64,000 nt of DNA from Cycas panzhihuaensis (GCA_023213395.1 CM041465.1:65665741-65729740), one strand, 5' to 3'. Shown: positions 35,959 to 50,789, counted from the first letter of the stretch. The notes: a model not told the origin generated them from the sequence alone. Translations and numbers: made by a program.

Positions 35959-38243
35959 TAGGAAGATGAGTTTACATATGAGTAAGTTATATATTTTATT
36001 AGCAAAACATTAGTTATCACAAAGGTAAACTATTCATCATCTAGAAATGAGTGCTTGGTCCTAGTCTTCACAACTAGGAAGTCGCATCATTATTTACTTA
36101 GTAATATCACTTATATCATTGCATAATCGTATTTGATTTACCTCTTGCTCACTAAGACTAATCCCATTAGGTGAGTAAGTAAATAGGCTTTGTTGCTGCA
36201 AGAGATTGACTTGTGGGTGTTCAATCATAAGTTGAAGAAAGGAATGGTTATTACTAGGTAATTAGCTATAACATCTCTTCCTAATATATGTAATGACATC
36301 ATTGATGGCTTGCTCCTTAATGAGAACATTTCCTAAGTTGGCATCATTACAAAAAAAAATAATTATTACAAGGATATTCATATTTATTTACAAGATCAAA
36401 TCTATCTTTCATATGCCTCTTCTAATAAAAGGAAGTCAGTCTGAGTAGTTACACACTAGCATTTAGTTTTAGATAAGGTTATTTATAAGCACTCTTTTGA
36501 TGGAGTTTTACTGAGATGGCTCACCTCTTCAAAAGCAAAAGTTACTTTGATAGTATACAATGGTGACATATGTAGGGGTCACTTTAGTAGCCAATCCATT
36601 ATCTAAATCACCATAGGATGTGGTATTACTAGCCTATACTTTTTAAAGATGTACATATTTATATATAGAAATATGAGAAGTATCAAATTCATTTACTAGC
36701 CAACCATGTTACTTAAAGTTGTTATCTCTCCTTATCCATTCTTCCAATGGGGTCTTGACCTCATCAAATAAATTTACCCTTTGACATCATGTGGTTATAA
36801 GTTTATCATAACTACCATAGAATATTTTACAAAATGAAGTGAGGTTATTCTATTGATTATTATAATAAGGAAGGTGATTTCCACCTTCATATTCTAGCAT
36901 ATCATTTATAGATTTAAGGTCCTTAATGTCATTATCACTAATAATAGAATCATCTTTTATAACACCCATATTGATGAGATATATGAAAAGTTCTACATCA
37001 TACATAATACATCATTTGTCTATTATCCTTAGGTGAATGGCCAAATTAAAGACTTCAAAAAAATGTTGGCTAAGATTCTATCTAAAATAATATCCACTTC
37101 CCATTAGGATTGGTACATTTATTTATTTTGTATCTTATAGGCTTGTCATATTTTTAGACAAAATGTGACAAGGATGCCACGTTTCTCTTTAGTCTAGAAG
37201 ATTAAAGATATTCCTCCATTGGAGGTTAATATCCCTGCACTTCAAGTGTTAGTTAAAGAATTTATAAATGAGAAATAGTGGAGGCAAGCCAGGATATTCT
37301 AGTTTTAAGAAATAGATGAAAATTATCTATAGGCCTATCAAAAGAATTTATCTTCTAAGACTAGAGCCCAGGTAGCTCATGATAAATACCTTAGGCTTAG
37401 AAAGTTTTAAGTAAAAAAGTTCTCAAGTTGGAATACCTACATAATAAATAGAAAAATTTTTCTCCTAAATGGGTTAATAACTACTTGGTCATCAAGGATT
37501 TAGATAATGGATCCTACCACTTAGCCACTCTCAAAGGTCTTAAATTTTAGAGAACTATTAATTCATAATACTTATGAAAGTACTTTACTTAGAATAGTTA
37601 AGTGGTCTCACTCTAAAATAAGGATAAACTATATATGCTCTACAATAAGCCTAAAATATATTCTTCTCCTTAAGCTTAGTTCTTAGGGTCACATATCCTC
37701 ATGCTTTAGATATAACATTACTAAAATCTTTAAAAGGGAGCTTAGGAATGATATGGGATCAAGTATAGAAAAACTTGGGGATAGAAGAAGGTACCTAAAG
37801 GATAGACCCATATGAGAATCTTGGGATAAGGAGGGCCTTAGAAAGGCATAAGTTCCTAAAAACCTCCTATACTTGGAAGTAGACAAGGGAGAATCTCATA
37901 TACCTAAAAGATTTGATTCTTAATGAATGGATTCTTAGATCTATTTGATAGGCATCAAGTCTATTTTTTAGAAGTGACATATAAATATTAGTCAGTCTAA
38001 GTCACTCAATGTTGATAGGTATTCTTATGGCTATTCTTAAGCATGCCCTTTAAATTATATTTGACTCCTAATTCAGGTTATTAAAATGATTTAGATTTCC
38101 ATTCCTACAAGCTTGACATTGGTTATTTTATTCAATGGATTTAGTTATGAGATCAATCATATTACTTTAGACTTATGGGGATGGAACATATAATCCTTCT
38201 TAGTTGTTTTCTATCGATCTTAGGTATGTTGCCGTCACCTCCT

Positions 38244-39983
38244 TGTTTTGGTACTCAGGATAAATCACCTAGAAAAGGTTATAGGTAGGTGAGACTAAAG
38301 GTGATATAACTCAAGGGGAACCCTCAACCCTTCTCTCGATGAGAAGAGATGACTCTCTAAGTATGTGTTGAATAAGTATAAGATCTCAAAATTTATTATT
38401 TGCATATTTTATTATTTACAAAATAAATTAAAATCAAGAAGTAGTACACCTAGATTAAAAATAAATATAATTAGTCTAAATTAAATTAATCCAAATAATT
38501 AAAACCCCCTTTTAGTTTGGGAAAGAGATAAAATAACTTCCTACTATGTGGGAGGATCGATAGAAGACCTTACCCCAAAATAAGTAGCTTAAGTTTTCTT
38601 ATTTATCTACCCTCTTAAAAGTCTCTCTATAGGTAACACCCTAACTTAGACCATTATCTCACCTAAAGGGAAAAGAATCTACATTGATTTTGATAAAGTA
38701 TAGGAGGACTAATATATGTAAGGACCTAAGAGAGTAAAAGCCCTAGATTAATGATCCTATTAGGGGTCAGTCATTAGGGACTCTCTAACTTAATAATGAT
38801 CTAGCCATAAGGATTGATAACTTGGGGATGTGTGCATTTGATTCTAAAGGCTTCTTGCACTTAGAGATGAATATAGATGAAGAAGAATGGATACTCTCAA
38901 CCTAAAGTGTGATAGCAAGATGACACTTTTAGTTTTTAAAATAGGATAAGAAAAGGTAATCCCAAGGAAAAGGAAGTTTATACACTAAGGATGTCAAGTA
39001 TTAGTTAATCAAAAATCCATTTATAATAGGAGGCATTTATCCTAAAGAGAGGATGAGTTTATATAATAGGGATATTAAGTCCTAGTCAATCAAACACGTC
39101 GTAAATGAAGGGATAGGACCTAATTTAGGGGTATTATATAAAGAGTAAATTAAAAGCAAACCCTAAATACAGATTTAGAATGCAACTTTCTCTTCTATAC
39201 AAATAACAAATAAAAATTAACTTAGTCAAGCACAAAGAAAAAGCTAGGATTTTATAAGGGAAAATTAAGGGAGAGTAGATGAAAAACCATGGGAAGGTAG
39301 GGTTGTAGTTTTTAACAAGTCAATGTTTGTATAATAGAAAAAAATAACATATCATTACATATTTTTTTAATGTAAGAACATGAAAAATATGACCTTCAGT
39401 GAAAAACATAAGCTACAATAAAAAGCATGACCTAAAATACACTAAAACATTGATCTATAAGCACATCATATTTTTAGTCATAAGTAGGTCATGTTTTGAT
39501 AGATGTTCCATATTTTTAGATAACTCCAAAAATGTGACCTATGGTGAAAAGCATGATCTATCAAAGAGTGTTGAGAACTAAGGATTTTACTAAATAAAGC
39601 ACCAAAGATAAAATAGTGAATGGCCAAAACATAAGATTTGGTAGAAATTAAGGGCTACATAGAGTATAAAGAGAAATTTAAAAGAAAAAATAAGTAAGAA
39701 AGTAAGATTCATTAAGTCAAAGGTAAGCTATAGAGAGTGCAAACATGGAGACAAGATAAAGCTTTGAAGGAGACTAGAATAAGCCAATTTTATTAAGCAC
39801 TATTATGATCTTTACATCATCAACAATATTGGTTAAGAGCATGGATAATAAATATGAGATCATTCAACCATTATGCCAAGTAGTCTACTAAATTATCATG
39901 AAATCATATAATCAAGCCCCAACAAGTAACAAGATAAGGTATGAGACCTAGCCGATGTCAAGAGAAAGCACAATTAGTTAATA
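38244..39983 (-). repeat. 3' LTR of the Tat-like element
   Basis: Colinear with 58966-59925 and 61130-61686. The right end is inferred from the PPT-like tract. Confidence 0.75.
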
Positions 39984-41109
39984 TGTTTACCCCCTTAGCA
40001 AAGGAAGCTCTACAAACATGTAAAAGCAGAGTGGTAAATATTACTAAACTTTCCAAAACTAAGTTATTCATAAACTTAGACTAACTAAACTTTTTTGTTA
40101 AGTTTCTTACAAGGATGAGGGTGTAAATAACTGATAGAATGGTAAACAAGGTAAATGAATGAAGTTGATTATGGGGGATTAACACAATCTTACTTACTCT
40201 CTTAGACTGTCTATTAAGTTCTTTTAGTTTTTAAATTTTTTTTATCCTTATAACCTTTTATGTTTTTCATTGAAAATACAAATGAACTATATTCAAGAAT
40301 GTGCCTACCATAGTTTAGCCTTATTAGCAGTTAGTTTTCAAGGGTTTTGGCACCCACCATAGTTTTACCTCATTACTAACCATCTCACATCTCTTGAGTG
40401 AATGAGATTATAAGGCTTTAGAGGGGAAATATAGTAGGGACTACAAGGGTCAAATAGACTATAAAAGTGTGTTGTTAAGAGAGAATATAGTCTTTAGACT
40501 ATAAATGAGGTTATGTTTTGAGAAAGTCACTTTTGGGGTCAAAAGACTTTTTACTCAAGTATGAGGGAAAGAACACAACAATGAAGAACTCTTTGAGGGC
40601 TTATATGGAAGCATGTATAAGGTTGAGATTCATAAGTAATTAACAAGAAACTTGGTTAGTGGTGATTGGGCTCTTTTGGACAACATGTTAGTTAGAGGGA
40701 TGGGGTTTATATCCCATCCTGGTATGAAAGAAGTTTCATTTGGTGTTTATGGAGATAGGTAATGAGGTGTTATTAGAGCTAAACCTTAAGCATTATAGAA
40801 GATCTAGCCATTAGATTAGGATTTAGTGAGGACTAAGAGGCCCAAGTTAGAGTGATGGCTTACTAAATACAATATCTAGTAAGTTTTTAAGATTTTTTTT
40901 CCTTTAATTTTAGGCTTTTTTATCTAAAAATATAAGCTCTTATTGAAAATTATGAATTTGAGTTAAAAAACATAGACTCATATTTAAAAATATAAATTGC
41001 AATACAAAAAATATAATGTAGGAGATTACATTTTTTTATTACAAAAATGTGATAATTAAAAATGAATGATAAAAAATTTCTTATAAACTTAGTTTACATT
41101 CACACTAAC

Positions 41110-41805
41110 TCATGGATATGTTTTATTTGCTTTTACAAAGATTAGAGTGTATTAACATTTGTGAGATCAAGGTTCCCAATTTAAATAGCATGTTTGAGAG
41201 TCTAACTCTAGTAAAGCGCCAGATTCTATAGTGTTGTAGCTTAGCTCATGTGAGTTAGTCCATCTAGTTAATGATGGAGATAGATATTCTCCAAGATTTA
41301 GTTAGCCATTAGGTCCTTGGGGAGAATGTATTTCATTTCAAAGGTTTGGGAAACCCATGGATTATGGTTTGAGAGGTGGGCAAGATTTTAGATGTATCTT
41401 AGAGAGGATAGGGTATGGATTTACTTATAGTCATTTGAAGAGGATGAGCAAGCTACGATTAATTAGTATATAACTAAAGAAGCTAGATTTTTGGGTAAGC
41501 ATAGGGTTAGTGTCATAGACTTTAGGCATGCAGGGTGATGTACCTATGATTTGGAAGGTTATCAGTATGATTATTTTATTCTATATTATAAGGAGTCTGA
41601 ACTTCATAGGCTTATTGGGTTAGTGGGCGTGAGTAGTATAATGGTATGAGATGAGATATAACTAGGCAAGTTATGTTCTAATAGTATACACCACCAAATA
41701 TCTCATATCCAATATAATAGTGAGGATAAATTCTCTTATATATCGATACTACTATGTTGGTTATATGATGATATTCCACTAAATCAACTAGTAAGAGTGC
41801 TAGGT
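41110..41805 (+). pseudogene. Plant mobile domain (PMD)-like extra ORF, antisense to the element; probably continues at 49017-~50100
   Basis: DILQDLVSH*VLGENVFHFKG at 41283-41345 resembles PMD LLxALVERWxPETxTFHF. Weaker downstream matches are ILFYIIRSL and LLG*WA. Confidence 0.5.
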
Positions 41806-44800
41806 TGATAGAATTGGGGGATAGAGGGAATAAAATAAGAATGCATGAATGGGTTAACCATCAACTCGTAAGAGTGGTGGTGTTAACAAATACCAGAGTC
41901 TTTAGACTCCATGAATAAATAAGTAGGATATAAGTGAGATGTGGCACACCACTCAAAGTCCACTACCAATTGGTATTGACAAATACTAGAAAGGATGATA
42001 ACAATAACTAATATAGTACAACTAAGTATAATTAAGATCTAATATAATGCCACCATAATATCTTTGTCAATCTTAGGTCATCACTCCAATGTGAGTAATC
42101 AACCCAAGGTAGATATGAGCCTTAATATAAGCATTATTCTAATATTTCTCAACCATAATGCCCATTTGGGGAGGCTTTAAGTTTATCTTTGAATTTAATA
42201 AACTTTATCTTTATAACTACCTTTGTGAATATATCTACCACCTATTCTTCTATGTTGTAACAAACCAATTCTATCTCTCTTTATTATACCAACTTTTTGA
42301 TGAAGTGATGTTGTGTTTCAATGTGCTTTGTCCTACCATGAAACATTAGATTCCTAGTTATATGAATTGTGTATTGATTATCATAAAGTAACTAAGTAGG
42401 ACCAACTTGTTCCTCTTACAAATATTGTAGCAACCTTCTAATCTAAACTATTTTACATGCTCCTACTATAGCTACTTTATACTCTACTTCTGTAGTAGAT
42501 AGAGACACCATGGCCTATTTCTTTGAACTGCATGCAACTATAATTAAACCTAGACTAAATGTATAATTAGAGATAGATTACTTATCATCTATATAACCTA
42601 CCTAGTGTGAGTCTGTATAACCAACCAATCTATAGTCCCCTCATGACCTATAATGTAATCTATATCTAATTGTACCTTTTGGATACTTGAGAACTCTTTT
42701 AGCTACTTACTAATATTTTGCCTTGGGCTCATACATGACTCTAGAAACCACACTAACTACATATACGATATCTAGTCAAGTTGAATTCAAGTAAATTAGG
42801 CTCCTAATAAATTACCTATAGAGTGTACGATCAACTGATTATAATTTCTCAAACTTGGATAATTTCAACCTGAGTTCTACAAGAGTTATAAGTGGCTTAT
42901 AACTACTCATGTTAATCTTATGTAATAGGTATAATGTGTATTTCCTTTGGGAGATAAATATCCCCTTTTCATCTTGTCAAACTTCAATTCCTAAGAAGTA
43001 ATATATTAGTCCCAAGTCTATTATCTCAAATTCCTTACACATATATTTCTTAAATCTTTGAGATAAGTATTAACTATTTTCATTATAGGCTAGGTCATCA
43101 ACATATAAAACCATAATAAGTATGGAGCTTCCTTATAATTTGATGTATAAATTTGGATCAGATTAACTACTTTGAAATCTTTTATCCTTAAAATATTTAT
43201 CAATCTTAGAATACCATGCTCTAGGTGCTTGATTAAATCCATATAAGGCCTTTTTTATAGACCTTGTTTCCTTCTCCTTTCACTTCAAACCCTTTGGGTT
43301 GTTTGACATATATTTTTTCATCCACATAGCCATTTAAGAAGGCACTTTTTACATCCATTTGACGTACTATCCAACCTTGTTGTATAGCTAAGGCCATCAT
43401 TAATCTAAATATTTCTAGCCTTATAACTAGTGCAAATATCTCATTATAATCTATGCCCTCAATTTGAGTATAGTCCTTTGTAATTAACCTTTCCTTTTAT
43501 TTAGTTCTAATGGCATTTTTTCTTAGTGGAAGATCTACTAACTCTAATATATTATTTTTCACTAAGGGATTGTATTCTTCCTTCATTAATTTCTTTTATT
43601 TATCTTGACTATTAGCCTCTTCAAAGTTGTGAAGCTCATTAGAGTCCATAACCTGAGTTATAAGTATAAAATTTACCTTTTGAGATCTTATAACCCCTCT
43701 CTCAAAGTTGGTATCCAAAATATTTAAAGGGTTATAAGCCCTTTTTACCTACTTAGGAACCCTTTGATTGAAATAAAGGGTCATGCTTTATTTATATTAG
43801 GTACATTTATACTCTTAGTATTTGATTCCATCTCAACCATGATATTTTTTCCTTTATCTTTTTCAATAACTTCTTCTTGATAAAATTCATATTCTTTAAA
43901 GATAACATCCCTGCTTATAATCATCTTTTTACTTTTTGGATCATAAAGTTTATAGGATCTAGAAGAGTCACTATATCCTATAAAGATATATTTGATTGTC
44001 TTATCATCTAATTTAGTTCTCCTTTGATCCTAAACATGTATATAAGCTATGCACCAAAAATTTCTTAAGTGTTTGATGCTTGGCTTATATCCTATCTAAG
44101 CTTCTTCTAGTGTAACCCACCTAATTATCTTGGTAGTATACTTAGTCATCATATAAATAGTTGTATGTATAATTTTTGCCTAATATTCATTTTTAAAATG
44201 CTTATCATTAAGCATACTCCTTGCCATTTTAATAATTATTCTATTTTTCCTTTTAGCAACCCCATTTTATTATGGGATATAAGGATTAGTGAGTTATTTT
44301 TCTTATTCCATAGTACTTGTAATAAGCCTTGAATTTATTTAAAATAAATTCTCCCCCATTATCTAATCTTAGGGTTAGAATTCTAAATTGACTTTGTCTT
44401 TCTACCATAGGTTTGAAGTCTATGAAATATTATAGAGCATATGATTTGAACTTGATGAAGTAGACCCATGTCATCCTTATGAAATAGTTAATAAATTTCA
44501 TAAAACACTTAGTACCTCTAAGTGAGGGTTTATCCATTAGACCACACAAGTTTGTATATATCAATTGGAGGGTCTTATTAGCCCTATAACTTTTATTTAG
44601 AAAATCTTCCCTTTATTGCTTGCTAAGTATACATCCTTCATATAATTCCTTACTAGGTTTAATAGAGGAAGTCTAATTACCATATCCATTCTTTTCATTA
44701 AGGCTAAATTATTATAATTCATATGGCCAAGCCTTTTGTGGTATGTTTTACTATCTACATTAGTTGATGACTTTAAGACATAATAATCTGTTGGGGGTAT

Positions 44801-47800
44801 GACTAGTTTGAATAACCTATCACTAGTCATTTATCCTTTGGAAACAGTTGCTTTATTTCTTAATTTATCTTTGATGATGCATTCCCCATTATTAAAGATT
44901 ACTTTATATTTCTACTCTATCATCTGACCCACTAAAAGTAAGTTCTTATTAAGTGTTAGAACATGGAGTACATCATTTATATACCTTATTTCTCTAAAAT
45001 TAGTTATTATGAAGACCTTTCCTTTATTAATAATTGTTTGAGTGGTGTTATCTTACTTTTCTTAGAGTTACCCAATTCCTTAAACCACTATTCCTTATGA
45101 GTCATATGTGTGGAACACCTTGAATTGATATACCAACTACCTTCTTCCTCATTAGCCATTAAGCTTGAAAGAAATAATCTATCATTTTGTCTTTCCTCAA
45201 CAATTATGTTAGTAGTTTCCCTTTGTGGATTTGACTTTTTCACAAAGTAATTATCCTCTAAGTGACAATTTCTATAGTAGTAGGAACATTGGATTGTTCC
45301 TCTACCCCTTAGGCTTCTACCTCTTTATCTTTAGTTTCTCCTCTTAGGACTTTAACCTATTTCTCTTGCTTGAGGTCCATAATTTTAGCCTTGACCTTGG
45401 TCTTAAAAGTACCTTTAATCTTAGAACTGATTTTTCCCTTAAGAGAATTGATTTGGGCCTTGTCCTTGATAGTTACCTTAACCTTATATTTAATAACTTT
45501 AACCTTGATGATAACCTTATATTTGAAAGCCATGACCTTTCCTTTGAAACTAATTTCTTGGTTGGCCTCTACCTATAGAGGATTGGCCTCTATCCCTAAA
45601 ATTTTGTCCTTAGTATACGGGTCAATTTTTTATCTTAGTGGTAAAAGCATATTTAAGGGATTTATTTTTTTATTTCTTCTCTTCTATAGCTAATAGCATG
45701 ACACTTAGCTGATTTATCCTAAGGGTGTTAAGGTCCCAAGAAACTTTTATGCTAGTGGCCACCATATCAAATTACTTAATATCACTTACACACCTTAAGA
45801 TTTTTTTCAACTACTATTTGTTCACTAATAATCTCTCCTAAGGCCCTCATCTAGTTAATTAGGCTTTGGGTCTTTCTAACAAAATTATTAACTCCTTTAA
45901 GAGTAGTCACCCTTAGATTCTTGAATTTGCTCCTTAAAGTTTGAAGCTTTGATGATGTTGCTCCTTCATATGTTATATTTAATGTATCCTATACCTCCTT
46001 TTATGTTGCTACTTCATTAACCCTTGGGAAGATATGATCCTTGAGTGCATAAAAGATTTAAGCAAGTACTTTGTTGTCTCCTTTTTTTCACTCTCCTTGA
46101 AACTTCTTTTCTCATCCTTTGTACCATTTTCAACAAGCAATCTATAACATGTATCAACAAGCTCCCATATATCTTTGGCAATAAAGATTGGCTTCACACA
46201 TCTACTCTAATTAAGAAAATTTGTGCCATCAAACTTGGGCACCATAACATTTCTAATATTTGATGCCATACTCAAAAAATTACCTTAAAAAATAACTTTT
46301 TCAAATGTAAAGTGCTTGAAACAAAGTGTAATTAAATCACTAAAAGGCAATAAAAGATGTACTAAAAAATAATAAGCTTTATCCCACTTCAATTTTAAGA
46401 CTTAAATAAATATCTCAATTGGGACTCAACCACCTTAAAAATAATTTTTTGTACTAATGAGAGTTTACAAATTAAAATTTAGATAGTTTATATAAGGATC
46501 ATAATTCGGGAAGCCCACAACTAGTGCCAATTTTTAGCATAAAAAGGGCTACATTTATTGACTTAATTTTTTTTTTAAGTTTTAACCACTCAATAAAGGA
46601 TAGAAAATGGAATCCAATACTTTAGATGAAACTCAATTCTGATATCAAATGGCTAAGATATATATTAAAATGTCTATAGAAAAATTAGCCTTTTAACATA
46701 TAAGGTTCAAAGAGATTTTACATCAACTTGAACCATTAAAATGTGCACCAAATGGAAATGAAATATGGTTGTGTGACCTCTCATTTCATTCAAGTTGAAA
46801 TGTACTTTCACCTAAAGATGATAGAACTAAGTTTTAACTCTATTGGTGAGAGTTATGGCCACTAGAGTAGGGAAAAGTCCTAATTTTAAAATGGTAACTT
46901 TGAAAATAGATTAGCCCCTTTGGAAGAAAAAAAAAATCCTAGTCACTTAAGCTATTGAATGTGACTTATTGTTTAGTGATAAAAGGGCTATAAGATTCTA
47001 ATGACTATGAGACTGCAAATGACCATAATGACTATATGTAACTAGAAAACATAAGTGTATTGAATTCTTCTAGTGGACTAGTAGGAGCTCTAATCATATA
47101 TGCATATATAGAGTAATAAAGATTATTCTAGACTACACTATGTAATTATAAAGATCATATGGATATATATGTCAATCTATAGATATATTAACTTTTCATC
47201 TAATGCAAAGAACTCAAAAAGGGCACAAATAGTCACTTATAAAAAAAGGTTGTGATAAATATATATCCTTAAATAATTTGAAGTAAAAAAGTATGTAAAA
47301 TTAAGGAGACATAAATGAGTGAATATTTTCCCAACTCCAAATATTATTTAGCCACATAGTAGTTGTAAATGAAAGAAGTAACACAAATGAAATATAAGAA
47401 AGCTTTTGCAAAAAAAAGGTGGTAGAAATAGACTAATAAAGAATGTTCAAACACAACATATTTCCATTGCTTAGAAGTATTGATAAGTTGTTGAGTGTAG
47501 CACACATAAAGTCAGAGTCAGATGTAGACACAAATGGGCATACTTTGTTAAGATTAAAAAAGATGGTGGTATTAATGTTTATATATTGTACTTAAAAATA
47601 TTAAATAAATATTAAATGTAGTGTAGCCATATACTTAATCTCATATTGATAGAAATAAAGGGTAAAAATCTTTAAAAATAAGTGTTGCATTGATGCCAAT
47701 CTATGGACGCTTCAATAGGAGTGTGAGTCCAAAGATGCTTCTATGCCTGAGTTTCTTCCTTTTAGGTGTAACATGAAGATTACTTGGTTGTAGCTGGTTC

Positions 47801-49016
47801 TATTTTAAGCTTTCATAAGTGCAAATGAGCAATGGTTGAACAATGATTGTAGATAAAAAAAAAATAGATGTAAGTTATTAATATGAAGGGCAACACAAGT
47901 ATGTATAGATGAATATACATTGTGGGTTATAGCCAGTGATCAAATAAAGGAAAGATCAATAGTGAGTAGTACAAAGGAAATATTGCAAGTATGGATATAA
48001 ATATTTCTAGAGTCCATTATATAAAGTTCACATAAATCATTTCTATAGTGTAATGATTGCAAAGAGAGAGACAAACAAAGGAGGCACAATACACAAAAAG
48101 AGATATTCAAATTTTAAATGAAAATGCATGAGAGCTAAGGAGTATACAAATTAGAAGAAAATGAGTCACCTACTGTAAAGATAGGAATCCCATTATATGC
48201 TCACTATCAAGCAATGCAATAGAAAATTCTTTAATTCATACCTAAAAGATATGCAACTAAAAGAGAATGGGATACTAAGAGTAGTTGTGGCTTCAACCTT
48301 TTTTTTAAAGAAGAAGACAATGATGCACTTCATACTAAATGCTAGAACTAGATAGCCTCTCTAAGATATTGGTATAACTATATAAATAAGATTAAGTATA
48401 AGTGTGTAAAGATGTCATACTCATTACATAAGCATATATCAAATATAACCCCAAATGTAAATTGATTATGTAAAGGAGAGACTCAAATAATGTAAGTGAT
48501 AAACTAAACCAGTAAACAATGCATATATACCAATAATGTATATACTAACCTTCTTACAAACTCCTTTATAGCTTTGACTAAGACTCCATGATAGATTTTC
48601 TAGCTTAGATTATAAATGATAACTTTTACAACTGGGGGAGATGTCTTTGAATGCCTGAATAAAGCTCTAATACTAAATGATAGAATCAAGGGATATAAGA
48701 AATAGAATAAGAATGAAAGAATTCATTAACCATCAACCCATAAGAGTGGTGATGTTGATAAATACTAGGGTATTTAGACCCCATAAATAAATAGGCAAGA
48801 TGTGAGTAAGATGTGGCATACCATTCAAAGTCCACTACTGACTAGCATTGATAAATGCTAGAAAGGATGCTACCAATATCTAACATAGTGTGACTAAGTA
48901 TGTCTAGGATCTAACATAGTACCACCATAATATCTCTATCAATCTTAGGTTATCACCCCAATGTGGGTAATCAACCCAAGGTAGATATGAGCCCCAATAT
49001 GGGCATTATTCCAACA
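41806..49016 (-). mobile_element. Full-length degenerate Ty1/Copia element (7.2 kb)
   Basis: 339-bp LTRs at 41806-42144 and 48678-49016. PBS (reverse complement GCTCTAATACTA) at 48664-48675. Degenerate TSD TAGGT/TGAGT. Confidence 0.93.
42150..46269 (-). pseudogene. Copia gag-pol with a repetitive RG-rich gag linker and RT deletions
   Basis: MASNIRNVMVPKFDGTNF...MKPIFIAKDIWELV; WYINSRCSTHM; HKRLGHMNY; QMDVKSAFLNG; VLYVDDL; RNase H at ~42200-42620. Confidence 0.92.
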
Positions 49017-50474
49017 TGAGTGAGTTGACAATGGTGGACCTGATGATGAACTAATGGCATATGAGAGCTTAGATTCATAGAGAGGGTAGGGCGTGTACTC
49101 TACATAGTCATAAACTAGACAAGATGACACATAACTAATAAGTAATAAATTTGTATGAGGGGATGCCTCTATGGTTAGATGATGAGGTAGATATTAGTGA
49201 GGGTCATACTCATGGTCCCCTCTCCCATAGGGAGGGGGAAGGGATGACATTAGAGAGGATGGAGGTGATGGTGGTTAGGAGGTTCAAGGACCTCTAAGTT
49301 GGGATGAAGGGGATGAAATAGTGCTTGAGGGTCATATGGGTGTATGGGGGTGATGTAGAGGTAGCTACTATATTACACTAGCTTAGTGGTATTATCAAAC
49401 TAGGGATGGATGGGAGAGCATCATAGGGTAATGCTACTAAAGGTGGAGATGGTATATATAATTATTTACTTGACTATTTAATTTACTTTATTTATGTTTA
49501 TTAGAATTTCTCTTTAATGGCTTATTAATAGAGATATGATTGACATTTTTCATGATGGATATGTGTAGGTGGTAATAGGTTGGATGGGACTTCTATGAGG
49601 TGTACGATAAATGACCTCCTCTCTTTTGTTTATAGGCCAATTAAGCCACTAGAATGGCAGGAGAGGGATCCTAAGTTCCTAGGCCCTCATTCCCAACACT
49701 TTACACCTACTATCATAGTATAATATATGTATAGGGAGGCAAAGATAGGGATGTCAGTATGAGAGGCAAAATTTTAGGGGAAGTTGGTTACTTAAGATGC
49801 TAAGGTGAGGGTGATCAAGGTATAATTAAATGATGTAGAGGAGGATAAATAACACCTCTAGTAGATGGAAGTTCTTTAGGTAGGCTAACATGCTACTCCA
49901 ACTAGCCAAAGTATTTGCCACATGTAAATTGCTACTAGTAGGGGAGAGGAGTCTTGTACCTACATACATTAGATGGAGGGTGGTTAGACTAGTTCACAAC
50001 AACCACAAGATCCATGACACTAGCCATTGAGAGGGAGACTTGAGTGTTTTGGGGTAGGGATATGAGTCTACTATATGGGTAAAGGGGAGGGAGGATGTAT
50101 GGTTTAATGATGAGCATGATGTATGGTGCCTATAGAAGTGACTAGGCTATAGTGTATTTTATGTCATTATACAACACACCTTATATCACATGTTTTATAC
50201 CATTAAGTTATATAAGTTTTGCATTTTATGATATCAAATTAGCATTATATTTATTGACTCTAAACTTGGTTTCTCCCCCATTTTTATTGTCCCTAGAATA
50301 GTTAATGTCATTAGTGATGTATGAATGGGTGATTTTTTAATCATAGTTATATCTTATAAGTATGTATAATCATAGGTTTCTTTTTCAAGGAGGATGGGAG
50401 AGTGGGGATTTTAGCAATATTTGAATATTTTTAGGTTTTCCTTTTATGCACCTTCAAAGTTAAGGTATTTATAT

Positions 50475-50685
50475 TAGTTTAAACTCATTGTAGAGTGAAT
50501 AATCTATTTATGAGGATGGATATAACTATCATAGTTTAGACTCTTTAGTAATTAGATTTTTAGAGTCATGGTTTATACTCATTTTGAAGTTAATAATCCA
50601 TTTCTGAGGATGGATATAACTACCACAGTTTAGACTCTTCAGTAGGTAATTTTTTGGAGTCATAATTTATACTCATTGCAGAGTG
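50475..50685. repeat. Tandem duplication of ~95 bp
   Basis: GAGGATGGATATAACTA(T/C)CA(T/C)AGTTTAGACTCTT occurs twice, and TTTA(A/T)ACTCATT three times. Confidence 0.85.
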
Positions 50686-50789
50686 ATTGTGCCCTTAACT
50701 ATAGGTCCTAAGGGAAGGGCAAGTAGTTACAACCTATATTTAGAGTAACAAATGCTCCCAACTCACCATGATAAGGCTACTAGTGATGC

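Larger units (their letters stand above)
19960..37595 (+). mobile_element. pol: Degenerate OTA-type Ty3/Gypsy pol in three pieces: RT 19960-20872, RT-RH linker 32696-32830, RNase H-integrase 35959-37595
   Basis: LSNIILIAKKNG..ICINF, YKVMPFSLK, VYLDDML; LKQVLV|SAPTLTLP restored across the 20873-32695 insertion; FQWGLDLI, EYFTK, YYP*VNGQ. Similar to the pol at 52530-55200. Confidence 0.88.

Noticed and set aside
37900-38243. Possible extra ORF after the plus-strand Gypsy pol
   Set aside because: It has only a vague motif resemblance and is cut by the LTR at 38244, so it cannot be supported.
45366-45693. Leu/Thr-periodic ORFs
   Set aside because: They are antisense to the repetitive RG-rich Copia gag linker.
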